This document shows, piece by piece, positions 1 to 9,710 of a DNA stretch of 64,000 nt. Origin of the DNA: an uncultured Chloroflexia bacterium (lineage in GTDB: Bacteria; Chloroflexota; Dehalococcoidia; UBA2979); contig CAVSIV010000002.1 in the NCBI GenBank assembly GCA_963728205.1, positions 288,001 to 352,000 of the forward strand. Reading direction: 5' to 3'. How positions within the stretch are numbered: position 1 is the stretch's first letter; each line of letters begins with the position of its first letter. The notes beneath the pieces are model-generated. The model saw only the letters and a list, made by a program, of their open reading frames with translations, was not told the origin of the DNA and made no database searches. The position numbers were made by a program, and so were the translations under genes.

Positions 1-11
1 CGTCCCGCGCC

Positions 12-80
12 CGGTCAATGGTCCCGGATCCGCGGCCCGGACCCGTGACGATCGACCGGACGACCGGTGACGTTCTGCAG
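12..80. promoter_or_regulatory. DosR/DevR-box-like sites upstream of the Zn-ribbon/otsA/ackA operon
   Basis: 12-25 reverse complement is GGGACCATTGACCG; 45-58 is GTGACGATCGACCG; weaker copy at 67-80, 22 bp later. All resemble the mycobacterial Dev-box core GGGAC-N4-GNCCC. Confidence 0.5.
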
Positions 81-144
81 TGCGGTCCAGATCAGGGCTC
101 GGGCATCCTCTCGCTGTACGGCCGGGAGCGCAGAGGAGCCCACG

Positions 145-347
145 ATGACAACGACCGCCGCCCTATCCGGCAGAGAAGTGCAGGTCCCGTGTGAGCGAGG
201 GGGCACGCTCGTCTGCCCTCGCTGCGCGGCGCGGCTCTTGCACGACGGCGCGAACGTAATCTGCGTGCTGTGCGGATATGAGTACGGCGTGGCGCAGCTC
301 ATCGCGCACCGCCACCGTCACGACGACGCGGCCACGACTGCGCAGCG

Positions 348-351
<4 letters not shown>
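145..351 (+). CDS. small Zn-ribbon-like protein (68 aa)
   Basis: GAGGAG RBS at 133-138, ATG at 145; CPRC...CVLCG motif; stop overlaps the otsA TTG start (TTGA). Confidence 0.6.
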
Positions 352-1898
<1,547 letters not shown>

Positions 1899-1936
1899 CC
1901 AGCGGCGACCCGCCCGGTGGGGAGGTGTGAGCGGAC

Positions 1937-3148
1937 ATGCCCGGCGCGCCGTTGCTCGTGCTCAACTGCGGATCGACGTCGGTGAAGTTCACGCTCTTCG
2001 CCGGCGATGCCGGAGACGCCGGCGACGCCGCGCCCCGCGCGCTGCTCCACGGCGCGGCGACGGGGCTGGGCGGCGGCGCGACGCCCCGCATCGCGATCGG
2101 CGACGAGGAGCCGCGCGCACTCGCCGCCGTCGGAACCGGCCATGCCGGCGCCGTGCACGCGATCCTCGACGCGCTTCGCACCGACGGCGCACTCGCGGAG
2201 GCGCCGGTCGCCGTCGGCCATCGCGTCGTCCACGGCGGCGCCGCGCTTCGCCGCACCACCCGCATCGATCCCCGCACGCGCGCGCAGCTCGACGACGCCA
2301 CGCTCCTCGCGCCGCTGCACAACGCGCCCGCGCTCGCGGCCGTCGACGCGATCGGCGAGGCACTCCCGTGGGTGCCGCAGTTCGCCGTCTTCGACACCAC
2401 GTTCCACGCCACGATGCCCCCGCGCGCGGCGCGCTATGCGATCCCCGCCGACCTCGCGGACCGACACGCGCTCTATCGCTTCGGCTTCCACGGCATCGCG
2501 CACCAGGACATGGTGGAGCGCGCCTCCGCGCTCGCCGGGCGGGCGCCGGGCGCGCTGCGCCTCGTCACGCTGCAGCTCGGCGGCGGCGCGTCGGCCGCCG
2601 CGATCGACCGCGGGCGCAGCGTCGACACCACGATGGGCCTCACCCCGCTCGAGGGGCTGATGATGGCGACGCGCTCCGGCGACGTGGATCCGTCGCTCGT
2701 GAACGTGCTCGGCCGGCGCGCCGGGATGTCGGCCGACGCGGTGGAGCACCTGCTCAACGAGCGCTCCGGCCTGCTCGGCGTCTCCGGGCGGTCGAGCGAT
2801 GCCCGCACGCTGCTCGCGGCGGAGCGCGAGGGCGACGCCGCATCCGCGCTCGCGCTCGAGATGTTCTGCTACCGCGTGCGCAAGCAGATCGGCGCGTACG
2901 CGGCCGCGCTCGGCGGCGTCGACGGGGTGGTGTTCGGCGGCGGCATCGGCGAGCACGCGCCCGAGCTGCGGGCGCGCATCCTCGCGGGGCTGGAGTGGGC
3001 GGGGATCCGCCTCGATGCCGCACGCAACGCGGCGACGACGCGCGAGGGCATGATCGGTGCCGACGGCGCGCCGGTCTTCGTCTGCGTGATCGCCGTCGAC
3101 GAGGCGCGCCTGATCGCGCGCGAGACCTTTGCCGCGCTCGCCGGCTGA
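1937..3148 (+). CDS. ackA: acetate/propionate kinase
   Basis: LVLNCGSTSVKF, GHRVVHGG, APLHN, FDTTFH, FGFHG, TMGLTPLEGL and FGGGIGE motifs. Confidence 0.93.
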   Translation: MPGAPLLVLNCGSTSVKFTLFAGDAGDAGDAAPRALLHGAATGLGGGATPRIAIGDEEPRALAAVGTGHAGAVHAILDALRTDGALAEAPVAVGHRVVHGGAALRRTTRIDPRTRAQLDDATLLAPLHNAPALAAVDAIGEALPWVPQFAVFDTTFHATMPPRAARYAIPADLADRHALYRFGFHGIAHQDMVERASALAGRAPGALRLVTLQLGGGASAAAIDRGRSVDTTMGLTPLEGLMMATRSGDVDPSLVNVLGRRAGMSADAVEHLLNERSGLLGVSGRSSDARTLLAAEREGDAASALALEMFCYRVRKQIGAYAAALGGVDGVVFGGGIGEHAPELRARILAGLEWAGIRLDAARNAATTREGMIGADGAPVFVCVIAVDEARLIARETFAALAG

Positions 3149-3188
3149 CCCATCCGTGGCCGCGCGGGCGGGCGGTCCCGCTCCGCGC

Positions 3189-3202
3189 GGGACGTTGGTC
3201 GC
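3189..3202 (+). promoter_or_regulatory. DosR-box-like site
   Basis: GGGACGTTGGTCGC about 50 bp upstream of the ORF at 3254. Confidence 0.4.
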
Positions 3203-3253
3203 TGCCGGCGCCCCGGCGGCGGCGGGACACTGCTTTTCAGCGAGGAGGCAGCC

Positions 3254-3583
3254 ATGCCCTTCATGCGAGTCGGATTGTTCCTCGTCTCCCCGGGTCACGA
3301 GGCGGAGGCCGGCGAGCTCGTCGACCACGTGCTCGAGCACGCGGAGCGCGCGCCCGGCTACCGGTTTGGCTTTCGCGTGCTGGGCCGCGTCGGCCATGGC
3401 GGACGGTGGCACGGCTGGATCACGTCGTGGGACGAGCTCGACGCGCTCCAGGAGGCGTCCGCCGCGACGACCGCGTGGATCGACGCGCTGCACGTGATCG
3501 CGGAGCCGCGGACGTGCCAGGAGCTGGTGCTCGAGGCGGAGGCGTTCGAGCCGGCCGTGCGCGACGCGCTGAAGGCCCGTTAG
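3254..3583 (+). CDS. hypothetical 109-aa protein, possibly ABM/dimeric alpha-beta barrel
   Basis: GAGGAGG RBS; the PGHE...APGY...ITSWDE pattern is reminiscent of ABM-like proteins (weak). Confidence 0.6.
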   Translation: MPFMRVGLFLVSPGHEAEAGELVDHVLEHAERAPGYRFGFRVLGRVGHGGRWHGWITSWDELDALQEASAATTAWIDALHVIAEPRTCQELVLEAEAFEPAVRDALKAR

Positions 3584-4917
3584 ACCGCCGCGTCGGAGCC
3601 GACGCCGCGCGGCTCGCCGCCCGGCCGGACGGCGACGGCGAGAAGGAATCCGGCGACCACGATCGCGGCGCCGACGAGCAGCGCCGAGCGCTGCATCGTG
3701 AGCGCGAGCGTGACCGACGTCGCGATGCCGAACACCGGCGCGACCGGGATGCCCGCGACCGCGCCGGCAACCCGGAACGGCCGGGGTGCGTCGGGCGCGG
3801 CGACGCGCAGCGCGATCAACGCGCCGTTCACGATCGCGAAGATCGCAAACACTCCGAAGTTCGTGACCTCCGCGACGAAATCGATGCGGCCGGCGAGCGT
3901 GAACGTCGCGGCGGCGGCGCTGACCGCGAGGATCGCGGCGACCGGCGTCGCGCGGCGCGGGTGGACGGCGCCGAGCCAGCGGGGCATCAGCCCGCTGCGC
4001 GCCATCCCGTAGAGCATGCGCGCACCGGTCGCGAGCAGCATCAGCACGGTGTTGCCGGTCGCGAACAGCGCGGCGACGCCGATGACGTCGCCCCAGCGTG
4101 CACCGGCCGCGCGCGCGACGATGTCGGCGAGCGGCGCGTCGGATCCGGCGAGGGTGCGCCAGTCGAGCACCGAGACGGCGGCCACGGCGACCAGCAGGTA
4201 GAGCGCGGTCGCCGTGGCGAGCGCGGCGAGGATGGCGCGCGGGAGCGTGCGGCCGGGGTCGCGCGTCTCCTCCGCGAAGGTCGCCATCTGCTCGAAGCCC
4301 TGGAACGCGAAGAAGACGATCGCCGCGCCGGCGAGGACGCCGCCGGCGCCCGCCGGCGCGTCGAGCAGCGAACGCGACCCGACGTACGGTGCGCCCACGA
4401 CGATCACGAAGACGAGACCGCCGGCCTCGACCAGCGTGAGCAGTCCGGCGACCGCGACCGTCCCGCGCACCCCGGCGATCGCGATGGCGGCAGCGAGCGC
4501 GACCAGCGCCAGCGCGAACGCGGCCGGCGGCCCGCCGGCGAGCCCCGACGCGTAGCCGGCGAATCCGATCGCGACGGCGGCCGCGCCGACCACGCTCACG
4601 GTCACGCTGAGCCACCCGGTGATCAGCCCCCAGCGCGGCCCGAACGCCGCCTGCGCGTAATAGGCGCTGGCACCGGCGCGCGCGTGCATTGACGCAAGCT
4701 CCGCGTATGAGAGCCCCGTCGCGCCGCAGACGACCGCGGCCACGACGAACGACGCCCACGCCGCGCTGCCGCCGTGCTGCACGGCGGCGGCGATCAGCAC
4801 GTAGATCCCGGCGCCGAGGATCAGCCCGACACCGGAGAGCGTCGTGCCCCAGAACCCCACGTCGCGTACGAGCGCGGGCGCGGGGACGCCGCCGGGCGGC
4901 GGCGGTGTCGCTCGCAT
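3580..4917 (-). CDS. APC-family amino acid permease
   Basis: ILGAGIY, SYAELAS, FFAFQGFE, EETRDPGRTLPRA motifs; about 12 hydrophobic segments; ATG at 4917 chosen within the longer ORF. Confidence 0.88.
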   Translation of the reverse strand: MRATPPPPGGVPAPALVRDVGFWGTTLSGVGLILGAGIYVLIAAAVQHGGSAAWASFVVAAVVCGATGLSYAELASMHARAGASAYYAQAAFGPRWGLITGWLSVTVSVVGAAAVAIGFAGYASGLAGGPPAAFALALVALAAAIAIAGVRGTVAVAGLLTLVEAGGLVFVIVVGAPYVGSRSLLDAPAGAGGVLAGAAIVFFAFQGFEQMATFAEETRDPGRTLPRAILAALATATALYLLVAVAAVSVLDWRTLAGSDAPLADIVARAAGARWGDVIGVAALFATGNTVLMLLATGARMLYGMARSGLMPRWLGAVHPRRATPVAAILAVSAAAATFTLAGRIDFVAEVTNFGVFAIFAIVNGALIALRVAAPDAPRPFRVAGAVAGIPVAPVFGIATSVTLALTMQRSALLVGAAIVVAGFLLAVAVRPGGEPRGVGSDAAV

Positions 4918-4969
4918 GCGACCGCCCTTCACACTTTCCGATCCTCCGCCCGCGGACGCCGGGTGCCGA

Positions 4970-4983
4970 CCGACCTTCGTCAT
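4970..4983 (-). promoter_or_regulatory. DosR-box-like site between divergent permease and small ORF
   Basis: Reverse complement is ATGACGAAGGTCGG, sharing the 10-mer GACGAAGGTC with the site at 7221. Confidence 0.45.
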
Positions 4984-5103
4984 CACGAGCGCGTGTCCAT
5001 CGCCGCTCGCGGGGCGGCTCGCGCGCGGCCATGATCGGCGCAGCGGTCTTCGGGAAGGGGGCGAGCGATTGGTGTCGCGGAGCGGGCCGAGGCGGTGCGC
5101 ACG

Positions 5104-5307
5104 ATGCTGCGCGCGTTTACCGACCGGATGATGCGCGTCACGGCGATCTTCCCGGGCACGCACCGGGTCGAGCCGACGCCGGACGAGCTGGCTGCGCTCG
5201 AGCGCCACGACGACGTGCCGCTGCCGCTGTCCGAGCGGCCGGAGGAGCTCGAGGATCAGCAGCACCCGCTCGCGCCGCGCCTGGAGCACGGCCACCCGAA
5301 GCTCTAG
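5104..5307 (+). CDS. small hypothetical protein (67 aa)
   Basis: Almost all third codon positions are G/C; GAGG upstream; fills the gap between genes; followed by a hairpin. Confidence 0.55.
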   Translation: MLRAFTDRMMRVTAIFPGTHRVEPTPDELAALERHDDVPLPLSERPEELEDQQHPLAPRLEHGHPKL

Positions 5308-5332
5308 AATCCGCGCCGGCGAGGAGAGAGGC

Positions 5333-5358
5333 AACGAGGCCGGCGCACCGGCCTCGTT
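5333..5358. terminator. hairpin between convergent genes
   Basis: AACGAGGCCGG-cgca-CCGGCCTCGTT, perfect 11-bp stem. Confidence 0.6.
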
Positions 5359-5379
5359 CCGCGTCCGCCCCGCGTGGCG

Positions 5380-6300
5380 TCAGCGCGGGTCGGCGAGGTC
5401 CGGGCGCACCACGAGGAGCGGACGCCCGGGGCAGTGCCGGAGCACGTAGTCCGGCACAGAGCCGAGCAGCGAGCGCGCGATCCCGGCGCGCCCGTGCGTC
5501 GCCATCGCAATCAGGTCGGCGCCTTCCGAGTGCGCGACTGCGGTGATGGTCCGTTCCGGGATGCCGGGAAGGATGCGCGCGGTGACGCGGCTCGCACCGC
5601 TCGCCTCGAGCGCGGCCCGCGCCGCCTCCAGGCGCGCGGTCCCGCGCTCGATCCAGGCGCTCGTCTCGCGCGACCCAAAGCTCGTCGCCGATTCGACGTC
5701 CTCCGTCGCGTGCGGGTCGCCGTCGATCACCATGAGCAGTTCGATGGCCGCGACGGCCGGGTCCACGGCGAGCGCGACGTGCGGGAGTATCTGCGCGGCG
5801 ACCGCCGAGCCGTCCAGCGCGACGAGCACGCGGCGGTAGGGCGCGATGCCCGCGAGCAGCGGCGAGGCGCGGTCGAGCCAGTCGGGCCCGGCGAAGCGCT
5901 CCTCCTGCTCGACGGTCGGCCGCAGCAGCAGGATCGGCGTGCCGCGCAGCGTGCGCACGACCTCGTCGGCGACCGACCCCATGACGGCGCGCGATAGCCC
6001 CGACCGACCGTGCGTCGACATCACGACGACGTCGGCGCTCCAGGCGCGAGCGTCCGCGACAATCGTCGCGCCGGCAGCGCCGTCGAGCGTGACGAAGTCG
6101 ACGCGCGTCAGCCCGGCGCGCTCCAGCGCGCGTCGGATGGCGTCGCCATCCAGGTCGGGGTGTGCCGACGGGAGCGCGTCGTCGCGGACCTGGAGCACGC
6201 GGACGGCGCCGGCCGCGAGGCCGGCGAGCCGCAGCGCGTGCTCCAGTGCCGCGCGCGAGAGGGCCGAGCCGTCGGTCGTGAACAGGACCCGTTGAAACAC
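5380..6300 (-). CDS. universal stress protein, tandem USP domains
   Basis: FQRVLFTTDGS...VMSTHGRSGLSRAVMGSVADEV and RRVLVALDGS...MATHGRAGIARSLLGSVPDYV; GTG at 6300 with AGGAG RBS. Confidence 0.9.
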   Translation of the reverse strand: MFQRVLFTTDGSALSRAALEHALRLAGLAAGAVRVLQVRDDALPSAHPDLDGDAIRRALERAGLTRVDFVTLDGAAGATIVADARAWSADVVVMSTHGRSGLSRAVMGSVADEVVRTLRGTPILLLRPTVEQEERFAGPDWLDRASPLLAGIAPYRRVLVALDGSAVAAQILPHVALAVDPAVAAIELLMVIDGDPHATEDVESATSFGSRETSAWIERGTARLEAARAALEASGASRVTARILPGIPERTITAVAHSEGADLIAMATHGRAGIARSLLGSVPDYVLRHCPGRPLLVVRPDLADPR

Positions 6301-6343
6301 GCACGCTCCTTGCCGTCGAGACGGGCGGGGGGCGGCGGCCGGG

Positions 6344-6457
6344 CTAGTGGCCGCGGTGCTCCTCGCGCATCCGGTCGTCCCAGCTGGAGATCCAGCCGAC
6401 ACCGACGACGATACCCATCAGCATCACGCCGAGCACGACCACCGCGATCATGTACAT
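6344..6457 (-). CDS. 37-aa single-TM membrane microprotein
   Basis: MYMIAVVVLGVMLMGIVVGVGWISSWDDRMREEHRGH; AAGGGA upstream; co-oriented between two USP genes. Confidence 0.55.
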   Translation of the reverse strand: MYMIAVVVLGVMLMGIVVGVGWISSWDDRMREEHRGH

Positions 6458-6522
6458 CGGAGATCCCTTCGTGACGATGCGGCCGGCGGCAACGCCGGCC
6501 GCGACGCGTGGGCCCGGTCTCG

Positions 6523-7098
6523 CTAGCTCCGCGCGTTCGCGACGGTGGTGACCGGCGTCGGGGGCGCCGAGCGGGGCACACGCATGCCCTGGCGCACGAT
6601 CAGCACCGGGACGGAGGCGTGGCGCAGGACGTGCTCCGCGACGCTGCCCAGCAGCGCGTGCGCGATGCCGCCGCGTCCGCGCGTGCCCATCGCGATGCCG
6701 TGAACCTGCAGCTGCTCGGCCTCGTGCAGGATGCTCGAGGCCGCGTCGCTCCCGGCGACGACGTGCGCCTGCCAGTGCAGGCGGTCGGGCAGGGCGCGGC
6801 GCACGAACGCCTCGAGCTCGCGCAGGTGCTGGGCGTGCAGGCGCTCGCCGGCCTGCGTCGCCGACTCCACCGGGTCGCGCACCACCATCTCCGACGGGAG
6901 CACGTTCCCGTCCACGGTGCCGATGTTCCGGTGCTCGATGTGGCTGATCGACGCGCCTTCCGAGATGGTCTCGTGGATCTCGCGGGGGTTGGTCACGGTC
7001 AGCACGTGGATCTCGTCGTCGACGTCCAGCAGGTGAGTCGCCGCGGCGAGCACCTCCTCGCTGACGGCGCTCCCGTCGATCGCAATGAGTACACGCAT
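6523..7098 (-). CDS. universal stress protein
   Basis: MRVLIAIDGS...IAMGTRGRGGIAHALLGSVAEHVLRHASVPVLIV; GGAGGAGG RBS. Confidence 0.92.
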   Translation of the reverse strand: MRVLIAIDGSAVSEEVLAAATHLLDVDDEIHVLTVTNPREIHETISEGASISHIEHRNIGTVDGNVLPSEMVVRDPVESATQAGERLHAQHLRELEAFVRRALPDRLHWQAHVVAGSDAASSILHEAEQLQVHGIAMGTRGRGGIAHALLGSVAEHVLRHASVPVLIVRQGMRVPRSAPPTPVTTVANARS

Positions 7099-7145
7099 GG
7101 GGCACCTCCTCCAGGGGCGTCGCGACGGGGTCGCCGCGGCTCCGC

Positions 7146-7161
7146 GATTTCATGTGAAATC
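7146..7161. promoter_or_regulatory. AT-rich palindrome, putative operator
   Basis: GATTTCA-tg-TGAAATC, perfect 7-bp arms, in the USP/DoxX divergent intergenic region. Confidence 0.4.
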
Positions 7162-7220
7162 ACCAAGCATGATGGGCGGCCATGGGCGGCGGGGAGAGGG
7201 GCGGTCCGCCCGACTTGGCC

Positions 7221-7268
7221 GGGACGAAGGTCACCAGCCGTGTTGCGCAATTGGCCGACGAAGGCCCC
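7221..7268. promoter_or_regulatory. pair of DosR-box-like sites
   Basis: GGGACGAAGGTCAC (7221-7234) and CCGACGAAGGCCCC (7255-7268). Confidence 0.55.
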
Positions 7269-7425
7269 GCCGACTGGATGACGGACGGAAATGTGAGTGC
7301 GCCGGCCCGGTCACTACTGTCGGGACAGGTTCGCTCAGAGGGCGCGCGACGCCGTCACCGGCAAACCGCCCTCGTCTCGGACCCGGCGGTGCGTGAGCGG
7401 CCGAGGAAGGACGAGAGGTCTCGAG

Positions 7426-7611
7426 ATGCAGACGAACGATCTGTTGCTGGCGCTCGGGGGCATCGCGGCGTGGATCGCCGTCGCCGTGGTTGCCGTCGTC
7501 GCCGTGGAGAACTGGGACCCGATCTGGGGCTTCTTCCCGGTCGCGGCCGCCGTGGTCGTGGCCTGGTTCGTCGGTGAGCGTGTGACCGGCGGGATGGCGG
7601 TGACGCGATGA
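7426..7611 (+). CDS. small two-TM membrane protein (61 aa)
   Basis: GAGAGG RBS; two hydrophobic stretches; ATGA overlap with doxX. Confidence 0.65.
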   Translation: MQTNDLLLALGGIAAWIAVAVVAVVAVENWDPIWGFFPVAAAVVVAWFVGERVTGGMAVTR

Positions 7612-8210
7612 GCATGCTGCGCACGCTTCGCACGCAACGCGAACTGCCCGACCCTGGGTTCGTCCGCTTCGCGTTCGGCAACACGTTGACCGCTCCGCTG
7701 TGGACCGCCGTGCGGCTGTACCTGGGCTGGCAGTGGCTCTCCGCCGGCTGGCACAAGGTGAGCGGCGACGGCTGGGTGAACAACGGGGGGTCGGCCCTGC
7801 AAGGATTCTGGACGCGCATCGTCGCGCCGGAAGCCACGTCCATCCACTACGGCTGGTACCACAACTTCATCCAGTACATGCTCGACCACCAGTGGTACGA
7901 ATGGTTCGCCAAGGTGGTTGCCTACGGTGAGACGGCGATCGGCCTGGCGCTGATCATCGGCCTCTTCACCGGCATCGCCGCGATCAGCGGCGCGTTCATG
8001 AACTTCAACTTCATGCTCGCCGGCTCGGCGAGCACCAACCCCGTGCTCTTCATCCTCGCCGTGCTGCTCGTGCTGGCCTGGAAGGTCGCGGGATACATCG
8101 GCATGGACCGCTGGGTCCTGCCGGCCGTGGGCACCCCGTGGGCGCCGCTTCCCGCGCTGCGGGAGGCGCCCCCTCCGGGCGGTGTCGCGGCGCCGCCGCT
8201 GCACGCGTAA
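7608..8210 (+). CDS. DoxX / TQO small subunit DoxD-like membrane protein
   Basis: RLYLGWQWLSAGWHK, GETAIGLALIIGLFT, NFMLAGSASTNP and GYIGMDRW motifs. Confidence 0.85.
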   Translation: MSMLRTLRTQRELPDPGFVRFAFGNTLTAPLWTAVRLYLGWQWLSAGWHKVSGDGWVNNGGSALQGFWTRIVAPEATSIHYGWYHNFIQYMLDHQWYEWFAKVVAYGETAIGLALIIGLFTGIAAISGAFMNFNFMLAGSASTNPVLFILAVLLVLAWKVAGYIGMDRWVLPAVGTPWAPLPALREAPPPGGVAAPPLHA

Positions 8211-8243
8211 CCCGGCGCCGGGCCGCCACGGCGCCGTCGTTCG

Positions 8244-8278
8244 GCGCCGCCCGGGGAGTTCCCCGGGCGGCGCTCTTC
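8244..8278 (+). terminator. intrinsic terminator-like hairpin after doxX
   Basis: GCGCCGCCCGGGG-agtt-CCCCGGGCGGCGC (13-bp stem) followed by TCTTC. Confidence 0.6.
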
Positions 8279-8379
8279 GCTGCCGGGCCGCGCGCTCCGC
8301 CGCGCGGCGGGCGAGAGCGCCCGCCCCGTCTTCGGACATCCCGCTTCCTCGCCCTGTTGAGCACGGGCGGCCGTCGCGT

Positions 8380-8415
8380 AGGCCGAATGGCCGAACGCGT
8401 CAGGACGTTCGGCCG
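8380..8415 (+). promoter_or_regulatory. tandem DosR-box-like sites upstream of nirK
   Basis: AGGCCGAATGGCCG (8380-8393) and AGGACGTTCGGCCG (8402-8415), 22 bp apart. Confidence 0.5.
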
Positions 8416-8513
8416 GTGTGACGCTCCCGGTCGGCCAGTAACTTCGAGAACGTTAAGTCCGAAGATTGATGTTGAGGCGAACGCTTCGCACTCGACACGG
8501 AGGGAGACCACCA

Positions 8514-9638
8514 ATGCCAGCAGCCAACACTCCAATCCCGCGCCGCTCGCTCCTGCAGAAGATGGCTGCCGTCGGGCTCGCCGTGCCGGCTGCGGGCGCC
8601 CTCGGCGTCGCCTGCGCGAGCAACGACTCGCAGGCCGCGCGCGACTCCGCGCTCCAGGCGATGTACGACCGCTCGCAGCCCGCGACGCCCGTCCCGACCG
8701 CCGCGGCCGCGCAGACCGTGGCGAACCAGGCGGTCGACCTCCAGTACCTGCCGAACCCGACCGTCCCGGCCCCGATCACCCGCAAGACGAGCGAGACCGT
8801 GAAGGTCAACCTCGAGGTGAAGGAGGTCGAGGCGAAGCTCGCCGACGGCGCCGGCTACAGGTTCTGGACCTTCGGCGGAACGATTCCCGGCCCGATGATC
8901 CGCTGCCGCGAAGGCGATGACGTCGAGCTCACGTTGAGCAACCCGACGGGCAGCCAGATGTCCCACAACATCGACCTGCACGCCGTCACGGGGCCGGGCG
9001 GCGGTGCCGTGCTGACGAGCGTCGCGCCCGGCGAGACCAAGGCGTTCCGCTTCAAGGCGCTGCACCCCGGCGTTTTCCTCTACCACTGCGCGACGGCACC
9101 GATCGACCTGCACATCTCGAACGGGATGTACGGCGCGATCCTCGTCGAGCCGGCCGAGGGCCTGCCGCCGGTCGACCGCGAGTACTACATCGGTCAGAAC
9201 GAGCTCTACACCACCGCGAAGGCCGGCACCCCGGGCATGGCGGACTTCGACCTCGACCGCATGGCGGACGAGCGGCCGACGTACGTGGTCTTCAACGGCG
9301 CGATGGGCGCGCTCCTGGGCGACCGCGCGCTGACGTCGAACGTGGGCGAGACCGTGCGCATCTTCTTCACGGTCGGCGGACCGAACCTGACGTCGCACTT
9401 CCACATCATCGGCGAGCACTTCGACCGCGCGCTGAACTGGGGCTCCTTCGGCTCCGTCGCCACCGATGTCCAGACGATCGGCGTGCCGTCGGGCGATGCG
9501 ACGATGGTGGAGTTGAAGACCGAGGTGCCGGGCACGTTTCTCCTCGTGGATCACGCGATCAGCCGCGTCTACAAGGGCGCCATCGGGCACCTGACGGTGA
9601 CGGGCCCGGACCAGCCGGACATCTATCGGCAGCTGTGA
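8514..9638 (+). CDS. nirK: copper-containing nitrite reductase, Tat-exported lipoprotein
   Basis: HNIDLH, YHCATAPIDLHISNGMYG, SHFHIIG and LVDHA Cu-site motifs; RRSLL twin-arginine signal plus LGVAC lipobox; GGAGGGAG RBS before ATG 8514. Confidence 0.92.
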   Translation: MPAANTPIPRRSLLQKMAAVGLAVPAAGALGVACASNDSQAARDSALQAMYDRSQPATPVPTAAAAQTVANQAVDLQYLPNPTVPAPITRKTSETVKVNLEVKEVEAKLADGAGYRFWTFGGTIPGPMIRCREGDDVELTLSNPTGSQMSHNIDLHAVTGPGGGAVLTSVAPGETKAFRFKALHPGVFLYHCATAPIDLHISNGMYGAILVEPAEGLPPVDREYYIGQNELYTTAKAGTPGMADFDLDRMADERPTYVVFNGAMGALLGDRALTSNVGETVRIFFTVGGPNLTSHFHIIGEHFDRALNWGSFGSVATDVQTIGVPSGDATMVELKTEVPGTFLLVDHAISRVYKGAIGHLTVTGPDQPDIYRQL

Positions 9639-9710
9639 GCGCCCTGACCGGCCGGCACCTCGTGCCCCGCGCGAGGCGCCGGCCGGCGAGCGCGCCGGAA
9701 GGAGGGAGTC

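Noticed and set aside
8455-8480. FNR/NnrR box upstream of nirK (TTGAT at 8466)
   Set aside because: Only a half site; the ATCAA half is missing.
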